This document shows positions 19,088 to 27,797 of a stretch of DNA of 64,000 nucleotides, piece by piece. This DNA comes from an uncultured Clostridia bacterium (GTDB taxonomy: Bacteria; Bacillota; Clostridia; Oscillospirales; Ruminococcaceae). Both the position numbers and the translations under genes were made by a program. The stretch lies in assembly GCA_947588805.1 (NCBI GenBank), contig CANPYR010000006.1, positions 7,595 to 71,594 of the forward strand, given 5' to 3'. The stretch's first letter is position 1. Every line of letters begins with the position of its first letter. A model generated the notes under the pieces. That model ran no database searches. It saw only the letters and a list, made by a program, of their open reading frames with translations, and was not told the DNA's origin.

Positions 19088-20479
19088 ATGGATATGAAAA
19101 TGAAAAAAGTTTTTGAAGCTATAGAAAACAGCCGCCCTCAGATGGTAAAGACTCTTTCGGAGCTTATATCTTTTCCGAGCTTCAGAGCGGCTCCCGAGGA
19201 GGGAGCGCCGTTCGGAAGAGCCGCAAGAGAATGCCTTGACCGCGCGCTTGAAATATGCAAAGAGTTCGGATTTGCGATACAAAACATAGACGGATATGCC
19301 GGGACGGCTTCGTACGACGAAAAGGAGCCTAAGCTCGGAATCCTTGCTCATCTTGACGTGGTCCCCGCCGGAGACGGCTGGACTAAAGAGCCTTTTAAGG
19401 CGATTACCGAGGACGGGCTTTTATTCGGAAGAGGAGCTATGGACGATAAGGGACCGGCGGTTTCGGTCATGTACGCCATGAAGGCTCTCAAGGATACGGG
19501 AGTAGAGCTTAAAAACGGCGTTGAGCTTATAATGGGGACGGACGAAGAGTGCGGGTCTTCGGATATAGCATACTTCAGAAAAAAAGAAAAGCTCCCGGAG
19601 TTTTTATTCACACCCGACGCGAGCTATCCCTTGATAAATATCGAAAAAGGCCATCTTAACGCGCTCTTTTCGGCCGAAGCCCGGTCGCGAATCCTTCTTG
19701 AAATGCACGGCGGCAAAACCGTGAACGCGATCCCCGCGTCGGCCTCGGCTATAGTGAAAACCGCTCACGAAAAAGTGACGGAAGCAGTCAGAAAAGCCGG
19801 CTGCAGCGCGGCGTTTACGGTGACTGACGGTGAAAACGGAGCGGTGAAGATCTCGGTCGAGGGAAAGAGCGCTCACGCTTCAACTCCCGAGATGGGGGAT
19901 AACGCGCTCACGGCGCTTATAAAGGTCCTGTCGCTCTTAGAGCTTGACAGCCCCGCAAAGGAGCGCATAGACGGTCTTATGAATGCTTTCCCGTACAAAG
20001 AGACGGACGGAGAGAGCGCATATTTAAAATCAAGCGACAGCATTTCCGGCGCGCTGACCTTATGCTTCAGCATACTTGATTACACCGACGGAAAATTCTC
20101 CGGAGCAATAGACATAAGATTTCCCGTATGCGAGACCGTGAAATCGGTCGGAGACAGGCTCGGGGCGGCGCTTAAGGGCGCGGGATTTGAAGCAGAGATC
20201 CGCGGCTCGGAGCCCCACTGCGTTCCGTCTGACAGTCCGTTTATTAAAGAGCTTCTTTCTGCGTATGAAGCGGTGACGGGGAAAAAAGGAGAGCCGATAG
20301 CGATCGGCGGCGGGACCTACGTTCACGGAATGCCGGGTGGGGTAGCGTTCGGCTGCGAAGTCGAGGGGGAGGACAACAGGATCCACGGCGCGGACGAATT
20401 TATAAGAATCGACGCTCTGATCGAAAACGCGAAGATATTCGCAGAAGCTATCGTCAGGGTGGCGGGAGTATCAAAATAG
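19088..20479 (+). CDS. pepV: M20-family dipeptidase (PepV/Sapep-like)
   Basis: 463 aa. ILAHLDVVPAGDGW and GRGAMDDKGP motifs. Confidence 0.85.
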   Translation: MDMKMKKVFEAIENSRPQMVKTLSELISFPSFRAAPEEGAPFGRAARECLDRALEICKEFGFAIQNIDGYAGTASYDEKEPKLGILAHLDVVPAGDGWTKEPFKAITEDGLLFGRGAMDDKGPAVSVMYAMKALKDTGVELKNGVELIMGTDEECGSSDIAYFRKKEKLPEFLFTPDASYPLINIEKGHLNALFSAEARSRILLEMHGGKTVNAIPASASAIVKTAHEKVTEAVRKAGCSAAFTVTDGENGAVKISVEGKSAHASTPEMGDNALTALIKVLSLLELDSPAKERIDGLMNAFPYKETDGESAYLKSSDSISGALTLCFSILDYTDGKFSGAIDIRFPVCETVKSVGDRLGAALKGAGFEAEIRGSEPHCVPSDSPFIKELLSAYEAVTGKKGEPIAIGGGTYVHGMPGGVAFGCEVEGEDNRIHGADEFIRIDALIENAKIFAEAIVRVAGVSK

Positions 20480-20497
20480 GATCAGGGGGGAAAGATA

Positions 20498-20698
20498 ATG
20501 AAGATAACCTTAAATGAAAACGAAAAGATAGTTTCAACGATACGCGAGGGGCTTTTGAAGCGCGAGCTGCACTGCCCATGCCGCAGAGAGATGAGCGAGG
20601 ATACGGTATGCATGTGCAAGGAATTCCGCGAACAGATAGCGGATCCGGATTTTGAAGGATACTGCCACTGCATGCTGTACTACAAGAGCAAAGAATAA
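20498..20698 (+). CDS. Ferredoxin-thioredoxin reductase catalytic-subunit-like mini-protein
   Basis: 66 aa. Cysteine motifs CPCR, CMC and CHCMLY match the CPC / CxC / CHCMLF pattern of FTR catalytic chains, with different spacing. Good RBS. Lies immediately upstream of trxA. Confidence 0.6.
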   Translation: MKITLNENEKIVSTIREGLLKRELHCPCRREMSEDTVCMCKEFREQIADPDFEGYCHCMLYYKSKE

Positions 20699-20731
20699 AT
20701 AAAGAAATAAATTAAGAAAGGACCGATAGAT

Positions 20732-21046
20732 ATGCATATTGAGATCACATCCGAGAATTTTGAAAAGGAGATAATAAACGCGGAAAAGCCGGTTATAGCC
20801 GACTTCTGGGCCGAATGGTGCGGCCCTTGCAGAATGATGGCTCCGGTTTTGGAGGAGATCTCCGAGGAGAGAAGCGATATCACCGTCGCGAAGATAAACG
20901 TAGACGACGAGGGAGAGCTTGCGAATAAATTTAACGTGAACGCGATCCCGACGGTTATTTTATTCAAGGACGGTAAAGCCGCAGCGACTTCGGTGGGGTA
21001 TAAGGAGAAGGAGCAGCTGCTTAAGGATTTGGGGATTAGAGGTTAG
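20732..21046 (+). CDS. trxA: Thioredoxin
   Basis: 104 aa. WCGPC active site. Confidence 0.95.
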   Translation: MHIEITSENFEKEIINAEKPVIADFWAEWCGPCRMMAPVLEEISEERSDITVAKINVDDEGELANKFNVNAIPTVILFKDGKAAATSVGYKEKEQLLKDLGIRG

Positions 21047-21084
21047 AAGTTAGAGGTTAGAGATTAGAGGTTAGAAATTAGAAG
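21035..21084. repeat. 7-nt array, seven TTAGARG units, beginning inside the last codons of trxA
   Basis: attagaggttagaagttagaggttagagattagaggttagaaattagaag. The trxA stop TAG (21044-21046) is part of unit 2. Confidence 0.95.
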
Positions 21085-21140
21085 CGTCGGTAACGGCGGG
21101 GGGGGAAGCCCTTTTCAATCTCCTGCATTTAATTTCCGCC

Positions 21141-21179
21141 AAAACAAAGCTGCGGCGACTAAACCGCAGCTTTTTCTTT
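21141..21179. terminator. Bidirectional intrinsic terminator between trxA and apgM
   Basis: 9-bp stem aagctgcgg/ccgcagctt with loop cgactaaa. Flanked by an A-run upstream and a T-run downstream. Confidence 0.75.
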
Positions 21180-21299
21180 ATAATTATTACTTCTATCCGA
21201 TCCCGGCATTAGTCGCAGCCTGTCGCAGCGTCCGCTGATCCGCTAATCCGCAAATCCGCGAATCTAACCGCCGCAAAAGCAAGAATCAACTCTCGCCCC

Positions 21300-22514
21300 T
21301 CAATTCTCCACGCCGAGCATTTTCCCCATCAGGTCATGTCCCGTGGGCTCGTATATTCCCGCTTCGGCGGCCGTTCTCTCGCAGAACTTCCCGACTCCTC
21401 TTTTCTTCTCGGAGCTGTTGTAGATAAGATACGGAACGGGATCGTTAGTATGCGTTCTCAAAGAGAGCGGAGTCGGATGATCGGGCAGGATCATCACTTT
21501 GTAATCTCCCATTCCGTCAAGCGCTTTAAGTACCGGCCCGAGGATCTTTTCGTCGATAAGCTCAATAGATCTCACTTTATTTTCGATCTCGTATCTGTGA
21601 CCGCACTCATCCGGAGCTTCGACATGAATATACACGAAATCCTGACCCCGCTTGAATTCTTCGACAGCGGCCTGAGCTTTTCCCTCGAAGTTCGTATCGA
21701 GATATCCGGTCGCGCCCTCGACGTTTACGACGTTCATCCCGGAAAACTTCCCGATCCCTTTTAAAAGATCTACCGCGGAGATCATCGAAGCCTTGACTCC
21801 GTACTTTTCTCTGAAGTCCGCAAGCGGCTTTTTTACGCCTTCCCCCCAGAACCACATAGAGTTGGCGGGACGTTCGCCGCGGGCTTCTCTTTCCTTGTTG
21901 ACGGGATGATCCTTAAGAACGTCGTAGCTCTTTCTCATCATCTCATAAAGCTTTCTTGCGTTCGGGTGATCCGGGAGATGACCTCTTATCGGCTTTCCGG
22001 TGATATCGTGCGGCGGCGTTAAGGTCCCGAGATCAAGCGTGCCGCCGTTCCAGATAAGGCAGTGACGGTAGCTTACTCCGCTGTAGAGCGTGAATTCGTC
22101 ATTATCAAACGCTTCTTTTAAAGAATCGACGAGAATCTTAGCTTCCGCGGTGGAGATATCCCCGGCGCAGTAGTCTATAATAGTCTTGTCGTCGTATTCC
22201 GGCTCGTCGGAGAGTGTGACGAGGTTGCAGCGAAGAGATACGTCGGTGGGCTTCATATCCACGCCGATAGAACCCGCTTCCAGAGGAGAACGTCCCGAGT
22301 AATACACCGCGGGGTCGTATCCCAAAACGGAGAGATTCGCAACGTCGCTTCCGGGCTTAAGGCCGTCGGCTACGGTCTTAACGAGACCGACCTCGGATAC
22401 CTCGGCAAGCTTATCCATATTCGGCTTAAAAGCCTTCTCCATCGGCGTAAGGCCGCCGAGCTCCGGGACGGGTCTGTCAGCCATCCCGTCGCACAAAAGA
22501 ACCAGATATTTCAT
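21300..22514 (-). CDS. apgM: Cofactor-independent phosphoglycerate mutase, archaeal type (ApgM family)
   Basis: 404 aa. N-terminus MKYLVLLCDGMADRP and overall family layout. Confidence 0.85.
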   Translation of the reverse strand: MKYLVLLCDGMADRPVPELGGLTPMEKAFKPNMDKLAEVSEVGLVKTVADGLKPGSDVANLSVLGYDPAVYYSGRSPLEAGSIGVDMKPTDVSLRCNLVTLSDEPEYDDKTIIDYCAGDISTAEAKILVDSLKEAFDNDEFTLYSGVSYRHCLIWNGGTLDLGTLTPPHDITGKPIRGHLPDHPNARKLYEMMRKSYDVLKDHPVNKEREARGERPANSMWFWGEGVKKPLADFREKYGVKASMISAVDLLKGIGKFSGMNVVNVEGATGYLDTNFEGKAQAAVEEFKRGQDFVYIHVEAPDECGHRYEIENKVRSIELIDEKILGPVLKALDGMGDYKVMILPDHPTPLSLRTHTNDPVPYLIYNSSEKKRGVGKFCERTAAEAGIYEPTGHDLMGKMLGVEN

Positions 22515-22656
22515 ATTTAAGCTCCTTTATCAAATAATATTCGGCCGAAGTCCAAGCCCGCGGACTGAGTCCGGCTAAGTTTTAAGCTATCCCAAGCCGC
22601 AGCGCTTTTTCGGCGATCGGTACTATTATATCACAGGCGCGGGAAAAAAGCAAGCT

Positions 22657-22725
22657 TTTAGAGGTTAGCAAGTTAGAGATTAGAAATTAGAGATTAGAAA
22701 ATTAGAAATTAGAAATTATAGAATA
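22657..22725. repeat. 7-nt array, about nine TTAGARR units
   Basis: tttagaggttagcaagttagagattagaaattagagattagaaaattagaaattagaaattatagaata. Confidence 0.9.
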
Positions 22726-23003
22726 ACCCTCCCCGCGCCGGGATTTAAGGCATGGGTTCAAGATATGTAACCACCTTAACAGTGCGGAAAATGCTCAAAA
22801 TTCATGAAAGTATGATTTTGTTTTTTGGAAGAAAAATGTGGAATATAACGAAAATGCGCTTGCATTATGCTCAAAGTATATATAATATATACAAAAATTA
22901 CTGATACTTTAAATGATTAAAGCATAATTTTGCCTTTAAGACGTATGTACAATCAGCATTTTGGCAATATTTTGCAAATGTACAACTCAAATTCACCCTG
23001 CAT

Positions 23004-23032
23004 GAATTTTCGACATTTTCAACATTTTCGAC
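23004..23032. repeat. 9-nt tandem repeat CATTTTCGA/CAA x3
   Basis: gaattttcgacattttcaacattttcgac. A related array lies at 23387-23424. Confidence 0.85.
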
Positions 23033-23035
23033 CTG

Positions 23036-23350
23036 ATAGTTGTTAGAGAATAGTAGTTAGTAGTTAGTATTCGAGGTACTGCCAGACGGCGATATCCTGA
23101 AAGTTGCGTGGGGGATTACTAACTACTAACAACTAATAACTATGAACTATAAGCACAATAGGGCCTATTGTGCTTAAAATGTCTATTGTGCAGGTAGTTG
23201 TTAGAGAATAGTAGTTAGTAGTTAGTATTCGAGGTACTGCCGGGCGGCGATATCCTGAAAGCTGCGTGGGGATTACTAACTACTAACAACTAATAACTAT
23301 GAACTATACGCTTAATTGCCCCAATAATGTTTAAAATGCGTATTATTCAC
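23036..23350. repeat. Two tandem ~158-nt units, each a long imperfect hairpin with GTTAGTA/TACTAAC-type 7-nt arms
   Basis: Unit 1 spans 23036-23193 and unit 2 spans 23194-~23350. Arms agttgttagagaatagtagttagtagttagta ... tactaactactaacaactaataactatgaact flank a ~45-nt loop that is nearly identical in the two units. Unit 1 is followed by the perfect hairpin agcacaata-gggcc-tattgtgct. Confidence 0.9.
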
Positions 23351-23386
23351 AAGCGACACACTCTCAGACCCCAACCCTCAAAACAT

Positions 23387-23424
23387 GAATTTTGCACATT
23401 TTGCACATTTTGCACATTTTGTCC
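23387..23424. repeat. 9-nt tandem repeat CATTTTGCA x3-4
   Basis: gaattttgcacattttgcacattttgcacattttgtcc. Confidence 0.9.
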
Positions 23425-23484
23425 CTCAAAATGCGCAAAGTTCACAAAATTCACAAATCTTCCCCCCGAAACCCCTGCCTACCA

Positions 23485-23520
23485 ACCTCTGATTTCTGAC
23501 CTCTGACCTCTGTCTTCTCA
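23485..23520. repeat. 7-nt array (CTCTGAY-type) containing the esterase stop codon
   Basis: acctctgatttctgacctctgacctctgtcttctca. The complement of 23518-23520 is the TGA stop of the 23518..24654 gene. Confidence 0.9.
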
Positions 23521-24654
23521 ATGCTCCTGTATGAACTCCGCAAGCTTCGCGGCGGCTTTATCATGCGTTCTCTCGGTCGGGTGCCAGTCGGCGGCTATGC
23601 CGTCTAAGGCTTGGTTTTGGTTGTCGAACATCATGCTGAACACATTTTCGTCTCCGGTCTCGGTCTTATACTCCTCTACCGCCTGTTCTACGTATCTGTA
23701 GAGGTTCTGACCCATTATCCCGAGAACGCAGAATATTTTGCTGTCGGGGTTATTTTCCCTCACGGTCTTTAGGAAATTTATGTATTCGGTTTTGTATTCC
23801 TCGCAGCGTTCCGCGATATTTTTGCAGTAGCTGTCGTCGTTCGTCCCCAAATTTATAACGACCGCGTCCGGCTTCTTTTTGAATTCCCAATCGATCTCGG
23901 AGGGCTTGAAGCCGTTATTATCGGTCCGGCAGTATCCGTATTTGCAATAGAGCGGCGGGACGGTCTGCTCGGAGACCTTGCGGCTGCCGTCCGAGTATCC
24001 CGAAATAATTCCGTAGCCGCTGAAGGATACGAGACTGTAGTCAGCGTTTAAAAGCTCCGCTGTTTTTATCGCATAAGCTTTAGTGCAGTCTTCTGTGCGC
24101 GTAGAAAAGTGGTGATTTGCGTCCTCGTCGTCTACTCCGTAGCCGCAGGTGATGGAATCCCCGACGAATTCAATAAGCATTTCTTTATCTTCGGCGGGCT
24201 TGACTTCGGCCCCGTTGACGGTGATGTTTGTGATAGCGAAGGTTGACATAGGGGATTCCGAGAGCTTAACTATTTTGATATCGCTCTGCGCGTTTTCCCC
24301 GGCGCATTCGATTTCATACGTCTCCGAAGCGTTATCAATCATGTCGTCAACAACTCTTTCGCCGTTCAGATAAACTGCGATCCTCGCCTGAGTGTCGGCC
24401 GTAGAAGGGTTCGCGGCGTTGGGATCCCCCTCGACGGTAACGGAGCAGCTTTTGCCCGTGAAAGTGAATTCAACGCCGGTTCCGGAGAGCGCGCAAAAGA
24501 TCTTCCCATCGTCAAAATAAGTTCTTCCGAGCGATTTAAAATTTTTTTCTTTAAGATCGATATCTCTCACAGAGACCCCCTCCTTGCCCGCAGAGCAGGC
24601 TGAAAATCCGAGTATTGCCGCCAGAATAAGCGCGGCGGCCTTTTTATTACGCAT
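23518..24654 (-). CDS. Lipoprotein SGNH/GDSL esterase with an N-terminal beta-sandwich (CE2-like architecture)
   Basis: 378 aa. Lipobox LGFSAC. Blocks GDSITCGYG, GTNDD, DWHP. Confidence 0.8.
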   Translation of the reverse strand: MRNKKAAALILAAILGFSACSAGKEGVSVRDIDLKEKNFKSLGRTYFDDGKIFCALSGTGVEFTFTGKSCSVTVEGDPNAANPSTADTQARIAVYLNGERVVDDMIDNASETYEIECAGENAQSDIKIVKLSESPMSTFAITNITVNGAEVKPAEDKEMLIEFVGDSITCGYGVDDEDANHHFSTRTEDCTKAYAIKTAELLNADYSLVSFSGYGIISGYSDGSRKVSEQTVPPLYCKYGYCRTDNNGFKPSEIDWEFKKKPDAVVINLGTNDDSYCKNIAERCEEYKTEYINFLKTVRENNPDSKIFCVLGIMGQNLYRYVEQAVEEYKTETGDENVFSMMFDNQNQALDGIAADWHPTERTHDKAAAKLAEFIQEH

Positions 24655-24715
24655 AATTTAGCTCCTTTCGGATGGTTTGGGTATATTATACTATATTTTG
24701 ACGGAAAAAGCAACT

Positions 24716-24798
24716 GTTAGAGGATAGAAAGTTAGAAATTAGAAGATAGAATAATCCCCGAAAATCTGACCTCTGACCTCTGATATCTGTCTTCTAAT
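24716..24798. repeat. Inverted pair of 7-nt arrays (TTAGARR units, short core, CTGAYMT units) ending 5 nt before a -35 box
   Basis: gttagaggatagaaagttagaaattagaagatagaata / atccccgaaaa / tctgacctctgacctctgatatctgtcttctaat. Confidence 0.9.
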
Positions 24799-24803
24799 AG
24801 CGC

Positions 24804-24833
24804 TTGACTTTCATCCCCAACTTATGCTATAAT
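24804..24833 (+). promoter_or_regulatory. Promoter TTGACT-N18-TATAAT (TG-extended)
   Basis: TTGACT 24804-24809. atgcTATAAT with TATAAT at 24828-24833. Upstream of the GH3 gene. Confidence 0.65.
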
Positions 24834-24881
24834 TTTCTCATAAATTTCCCGGTCGCATATGCGGGGGAAGGAGGAAAATTC

Positions 24882-27158
24882 ATGCAAAAAAAAGAAATTC
24901 GCAGGCTTATCTCGGAGATGACTCTTGAAGAAAAGGCGGGGCTCTGCTCGGGGCTTGATTTTTGGCACACTAAAAACGTCTCGCGGCTCGGGATCCCCTC
25001 CGTGATGGTCTCGGACGGACCTCACGGCCTGAGAAAGCAGGACTTCAAAGCGGATCATCTCGGCGTGAACGACAGCATTAAAGCCGTCTGTATGCCGGCG
25101 GCATGCGCGACTGCGGCGAGCTTCGACAGGGAGCTTGTGGAAAAAATGGGGGAATCTATCGGCAAAAGCTGCCAGCACGAGGGCGTGAGCATTGTCTTAG
25201 GACCTGCGGTAAATATCAAGCGCTCGCCGCTCTGCGGAAGAAATTTTGAATATTTTTCCGAGGATCCTTATCTTGCTGGCGAAATAGCTTCGGCATATAT
25301 TAAAGGCGTGCAGTCGCAAAACGTCGGGACTTCGATAAAGCACTTCGCGGCCAACAGCCAGGAGCATAGGAGGATGAGTTCATCCTCAAACGTAGACGAG
25401 CGCACGCTTCGGGAGATATACTTCCCGGCGTTTGAAGCTGCGGTAAAAAACTCTGCGCCCTGGACGGTGATGTGCTCCTATAACAGGATAAACGGGACCT
25501 ACGCTTCGGAAAATAAATGGCTTCTTACCGACGTTCTAAGAAACGAGTGGGGATTTGAAGGATATGTTATGAGCGACTGGGGCGCGGTCTCGGACAGGGT
25601 AAAGGGACTTGAAGCGGGGCTCGATCTTGAAATGCCGTCGTCGGGCGGGGCTAACGATAAGAAGATAGTCGAAGCGGTAAGAGACGGAAGGCTTGACGAA
25701 GCCGTGGTCGATAGGGCGGTTGAGAGGATACTTGAAGCCGCGTACCGCTATCTCGAAAACGCAAAGCCCGAGACTCCCTGGGACAAGGAAGCGGATCATC
25801 TTCTGTCCGCAAGGATAGCAGAGGAATGCATGGTATTACTCAAAAATAGCGGCGCTCTGCCGATAGATAAAAAAGCCAAGGCCGCGTTTATCGGAGAGTT
25901 TGCCGAAAGACCGAGATACCAGGGCGGCGGTTCGAGCCATATAAACAGCTTCAAAGTCACGTCGGCTCTTGAAGCCGCTAAGGAAAACGGTCTTGACGTT
26001 ATCTACGCAAGAGGATACGATACCAAAGCCGACTGCGCGAGCGAGGAGATGACGGCCGAAGCCGTGAGCGCGGCCAAGACTTCCGACGTGGCGGTAGTAT
26101 TCGCAGGTCTGCCCGATTCATACGAGTCGGAGGGGTATGACAGAAGGCATATGCGGCTGCCGGAGTATCAGAATAAGCTTATAAGCGCAGTAGCAAAAGC
26201 GAACCCGAACACCGTAGTCGTTTTGCATAACGGTTCTCCCGTGGAGACTCCGTGGATAGACGAGGTGAACGCGGTGCTTGAAGCGTATCTTGGCGGTCAG
26301 GCTGTGGGAATAGCGGAAGTAAGAATTCTTTACGGAGACGCTAATCCCTGCGGAAGGCTTGCGGAGACGTTTCCAAAGAAGCTCTCGGACAACCCGTCGT
26401 ATCTGTATTATTTCGGCGAAGAGAATGAAGCCGACTACCGAGAGGGGATATTCGTCGGGTACAGATACTATAAGAAGAAGGAGATCCCGGTTCAGTTCCC
26501 GTTCGGCCACGGGCTTAGCTATACCGAATTTGAGTATTCCGATCTTCGTCTTTCGTCGGAGAAAATAAAGGATACCGAGACTCTGAGCGCGACGGTAAGG
26601 ATCAAAAACGTCGGCTCTCGCGCGGGAAAAACGGTCGCGCAGCTTTATGTCAAGGATACCGAAAGCTCGGCTATACGTCCCGTGATGGAGCTTAAGGGAT
26701 TTGAGAAGATATATCTTGAGCCGGGAGAGTCTAAGGACGTGGAATTTAAGCTCGGAAAGAGAGCCTTTGCATACTGGAGCCGGGAGCTTAAAGACTGGCA
26801 TGTAGAGACCGGAGAGTTCGTGATAATGATCGGCGAATCGTCTGAGGATATCAGGGTGAGCGGAGCGGTAACGGTTGAGTCCACGGACGTGATCAAGAGA
26901 AAATATTCGGCCGATTCCATCTTCATGGATATAATGGCGGATCCCGTCGCGAGGGAAAAATTCATACCGTTTTTAAAGGACCTCGGACAGGTAAGGCCCG
27001 CTGAGGACGGAACGGAAGCCGCAAAGGAAGCTATGAGCGAAGCCATGAACAACGCCATGCAGAACAGCCTGCCGTTAAGGGGAGTAGTGATGTTCAGCGG
27101 CGGCAGGGTCCCGTGGGAGCTGATAGAGCGTATAGTGGAAGTGTTGAACGGGGAGTAA
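24882..27158 (+). CDS. bglX: GH3 beta-glucosidase/beta-xylosidase-type glycoside hydrolase
   Basis: The ORF track begins at 24804. Start placed at ATG 24882 (MQKKEIRRL) after GGAGGA. KHFAANSQE and SDWGA motifs. C-terminal Fn3-like domain. Confidence 0.92.
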   Translation: MQKKEIRRLISEMTLEEKAGLCSGLDFWHTKNVSRLGIPSVMVSDGPHGLRKQDFKADHLGVNDSIKAVCMPAACATAASFDRELVEKMGESIGKSCQHEGVSIVLGPAVNIKRSPLCGRNFEYFSEDPYLAGEIASAYIKGVQSQNVGTSIKHFAANSQEHRRMSSSSNVDERTLREIYFPAFEAAVKNSAPWTVMCSYNRINGTYASENKWLLTDVLRNEWGFEGYVMSDWGAVSDRVKGLEAGLDLEMPSSGGANDKKIVEAVRDGRLDEAVVDRAVERILEAAYRYLENAKPETPWDKEADHLLSARIAEECMVLLKNSGALPIDKKAKAAFIGEFAERPRYQGGGSSHINSFKVTSALEAAKENGLDVIYARGYDTKADCASEEMTAEAVSAAKTSDVAVVFAGLPDSYESEGYDRRHMRLPEYQNKLISAVAKANPNTVVVLHNGSPVETPWIDEVNAVLEAYLGGQAVGIAEVRILYGDANPCGRLAETFPKKLSDNPSYLYYFGEENEADYREGIFVGYRYYKKKEIPVQFPFGHGLSYTEFEYSDLRLSSEKIKDTETLSATVRIKNVGSRAGKTVAQLYVKDTESSAIRPVMELKGFEKIYLEPGESKDVEFKLGKRAFAYWSRELKDWHVETGEFVIMIGESSEDIRVSGAVTVESTDVIKRKYSADSIFMDIMADPVAREKFIPFLKDLGQVRPAEDGTEAAKEAMSEAMNNAMQNSLPLRGVVMFSGGRVPWELIERIVEVLNGE

Positions 27159-27194
27159 TGAGGGAAGAACCGGGGATGGGGATTCAGAAAATAT

Positions 27195-27234
27195 AAAAAA
27201 GAGCAGACGGGTTTACGTCTGCTTTTTATTTTTG
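27195..27234 (+). terminator. Intrinsic terminator of the GH3 gene
   Basis: Stem agcagacg/cgtctgct, loop ggttta, then tttttattttt. Confidence 0.8.
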
Positions 27235-27332
27235 CGCAGTAGATTTGACTTTATTTGACATACCGCAGGAGTAAAATAGTGGGTAGAGGGGATAGCGGAA
27301 GCGGCCGCCGCTTCCCCGGATCATTCTAAGAA

Positions 27333-27746
27333 TCAGACCGCGGTGAGATATTTTAAAATATTTCTTCTTGTAACTATCCCGATATATACGCCGTCGTCGT
27401 CGGTCACGGGGACGAAGTTCTGATTCATGGCAAGCCGGACAAGCTCTTCTCGTGTCGCGGTTATCCTCACCGGCTTGTATTCCCGCGAGGTCCTGCCGGA
27501 GAGGATGTCCCTAAGCTTTAATTCTTCGGCGTTTCTCATCGATATCCCCGATTCTCCCGCCATGTCAAGAAGATACCATAAGAAATCTCCTTCGGCTACC
27601 ACGGTGAGAAATTCCCCGCCGCGGCGTATCACGGGGATACGCGAATAACCGTGCGCGCGCATTTTCTCAAGCGCCTGCCTTACGGTGTAGTCGTCGAACA
27701 GATAGGCGGTATCCTGCTTCGGCGTTAAAAAGTATGCGATATTCAT
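27333..27746 (-). CDS. CBS-domain pair protein
   Basis: 137 aa with a two-CBS-repeat layout. Confidence 0.75.
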   Translation of the reverse strand: MNIAYFLTPKQDTAYLFDDYTVRQALEKMRAHGYSRIPVIRRGGEFLTVVAEGDFLWYLLDMAGESGISMRNAEELKLRDILSGRTSREYKPVRITATREELVRLAMNQNFVPVTDDDGVYIGIVTRRNILKYLTAV

Positions 27747-27797
27747 AAATTAGCTCCGTATTAAAATGTATTTTTAAATTTATTTTATATCCGTATT

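Noticed and set aside
21035-21084. Heptamer arrays as CRISPR arrays or as telomere-like repeats (TTAGAGG resembles TTAGGG-type units)
   Set aside because: The 7-nt units are contiguous with no spacers, there are no cas genes, and the arrays are internal and dispersed at gene boundaries rather than at a replicon end.
22791-22904. 37-aa ORF MLKIHESMILFFGRKMWNITKMRLHYAQSIYNIYKNY in the 1-kb gene-free region
   Set aside because: It has a weak or absent RBS, lies in AT-rich low-complexity DNA, and contains a promoter-like TTGCAT...TATAAT within it. I cannot support it as coding.
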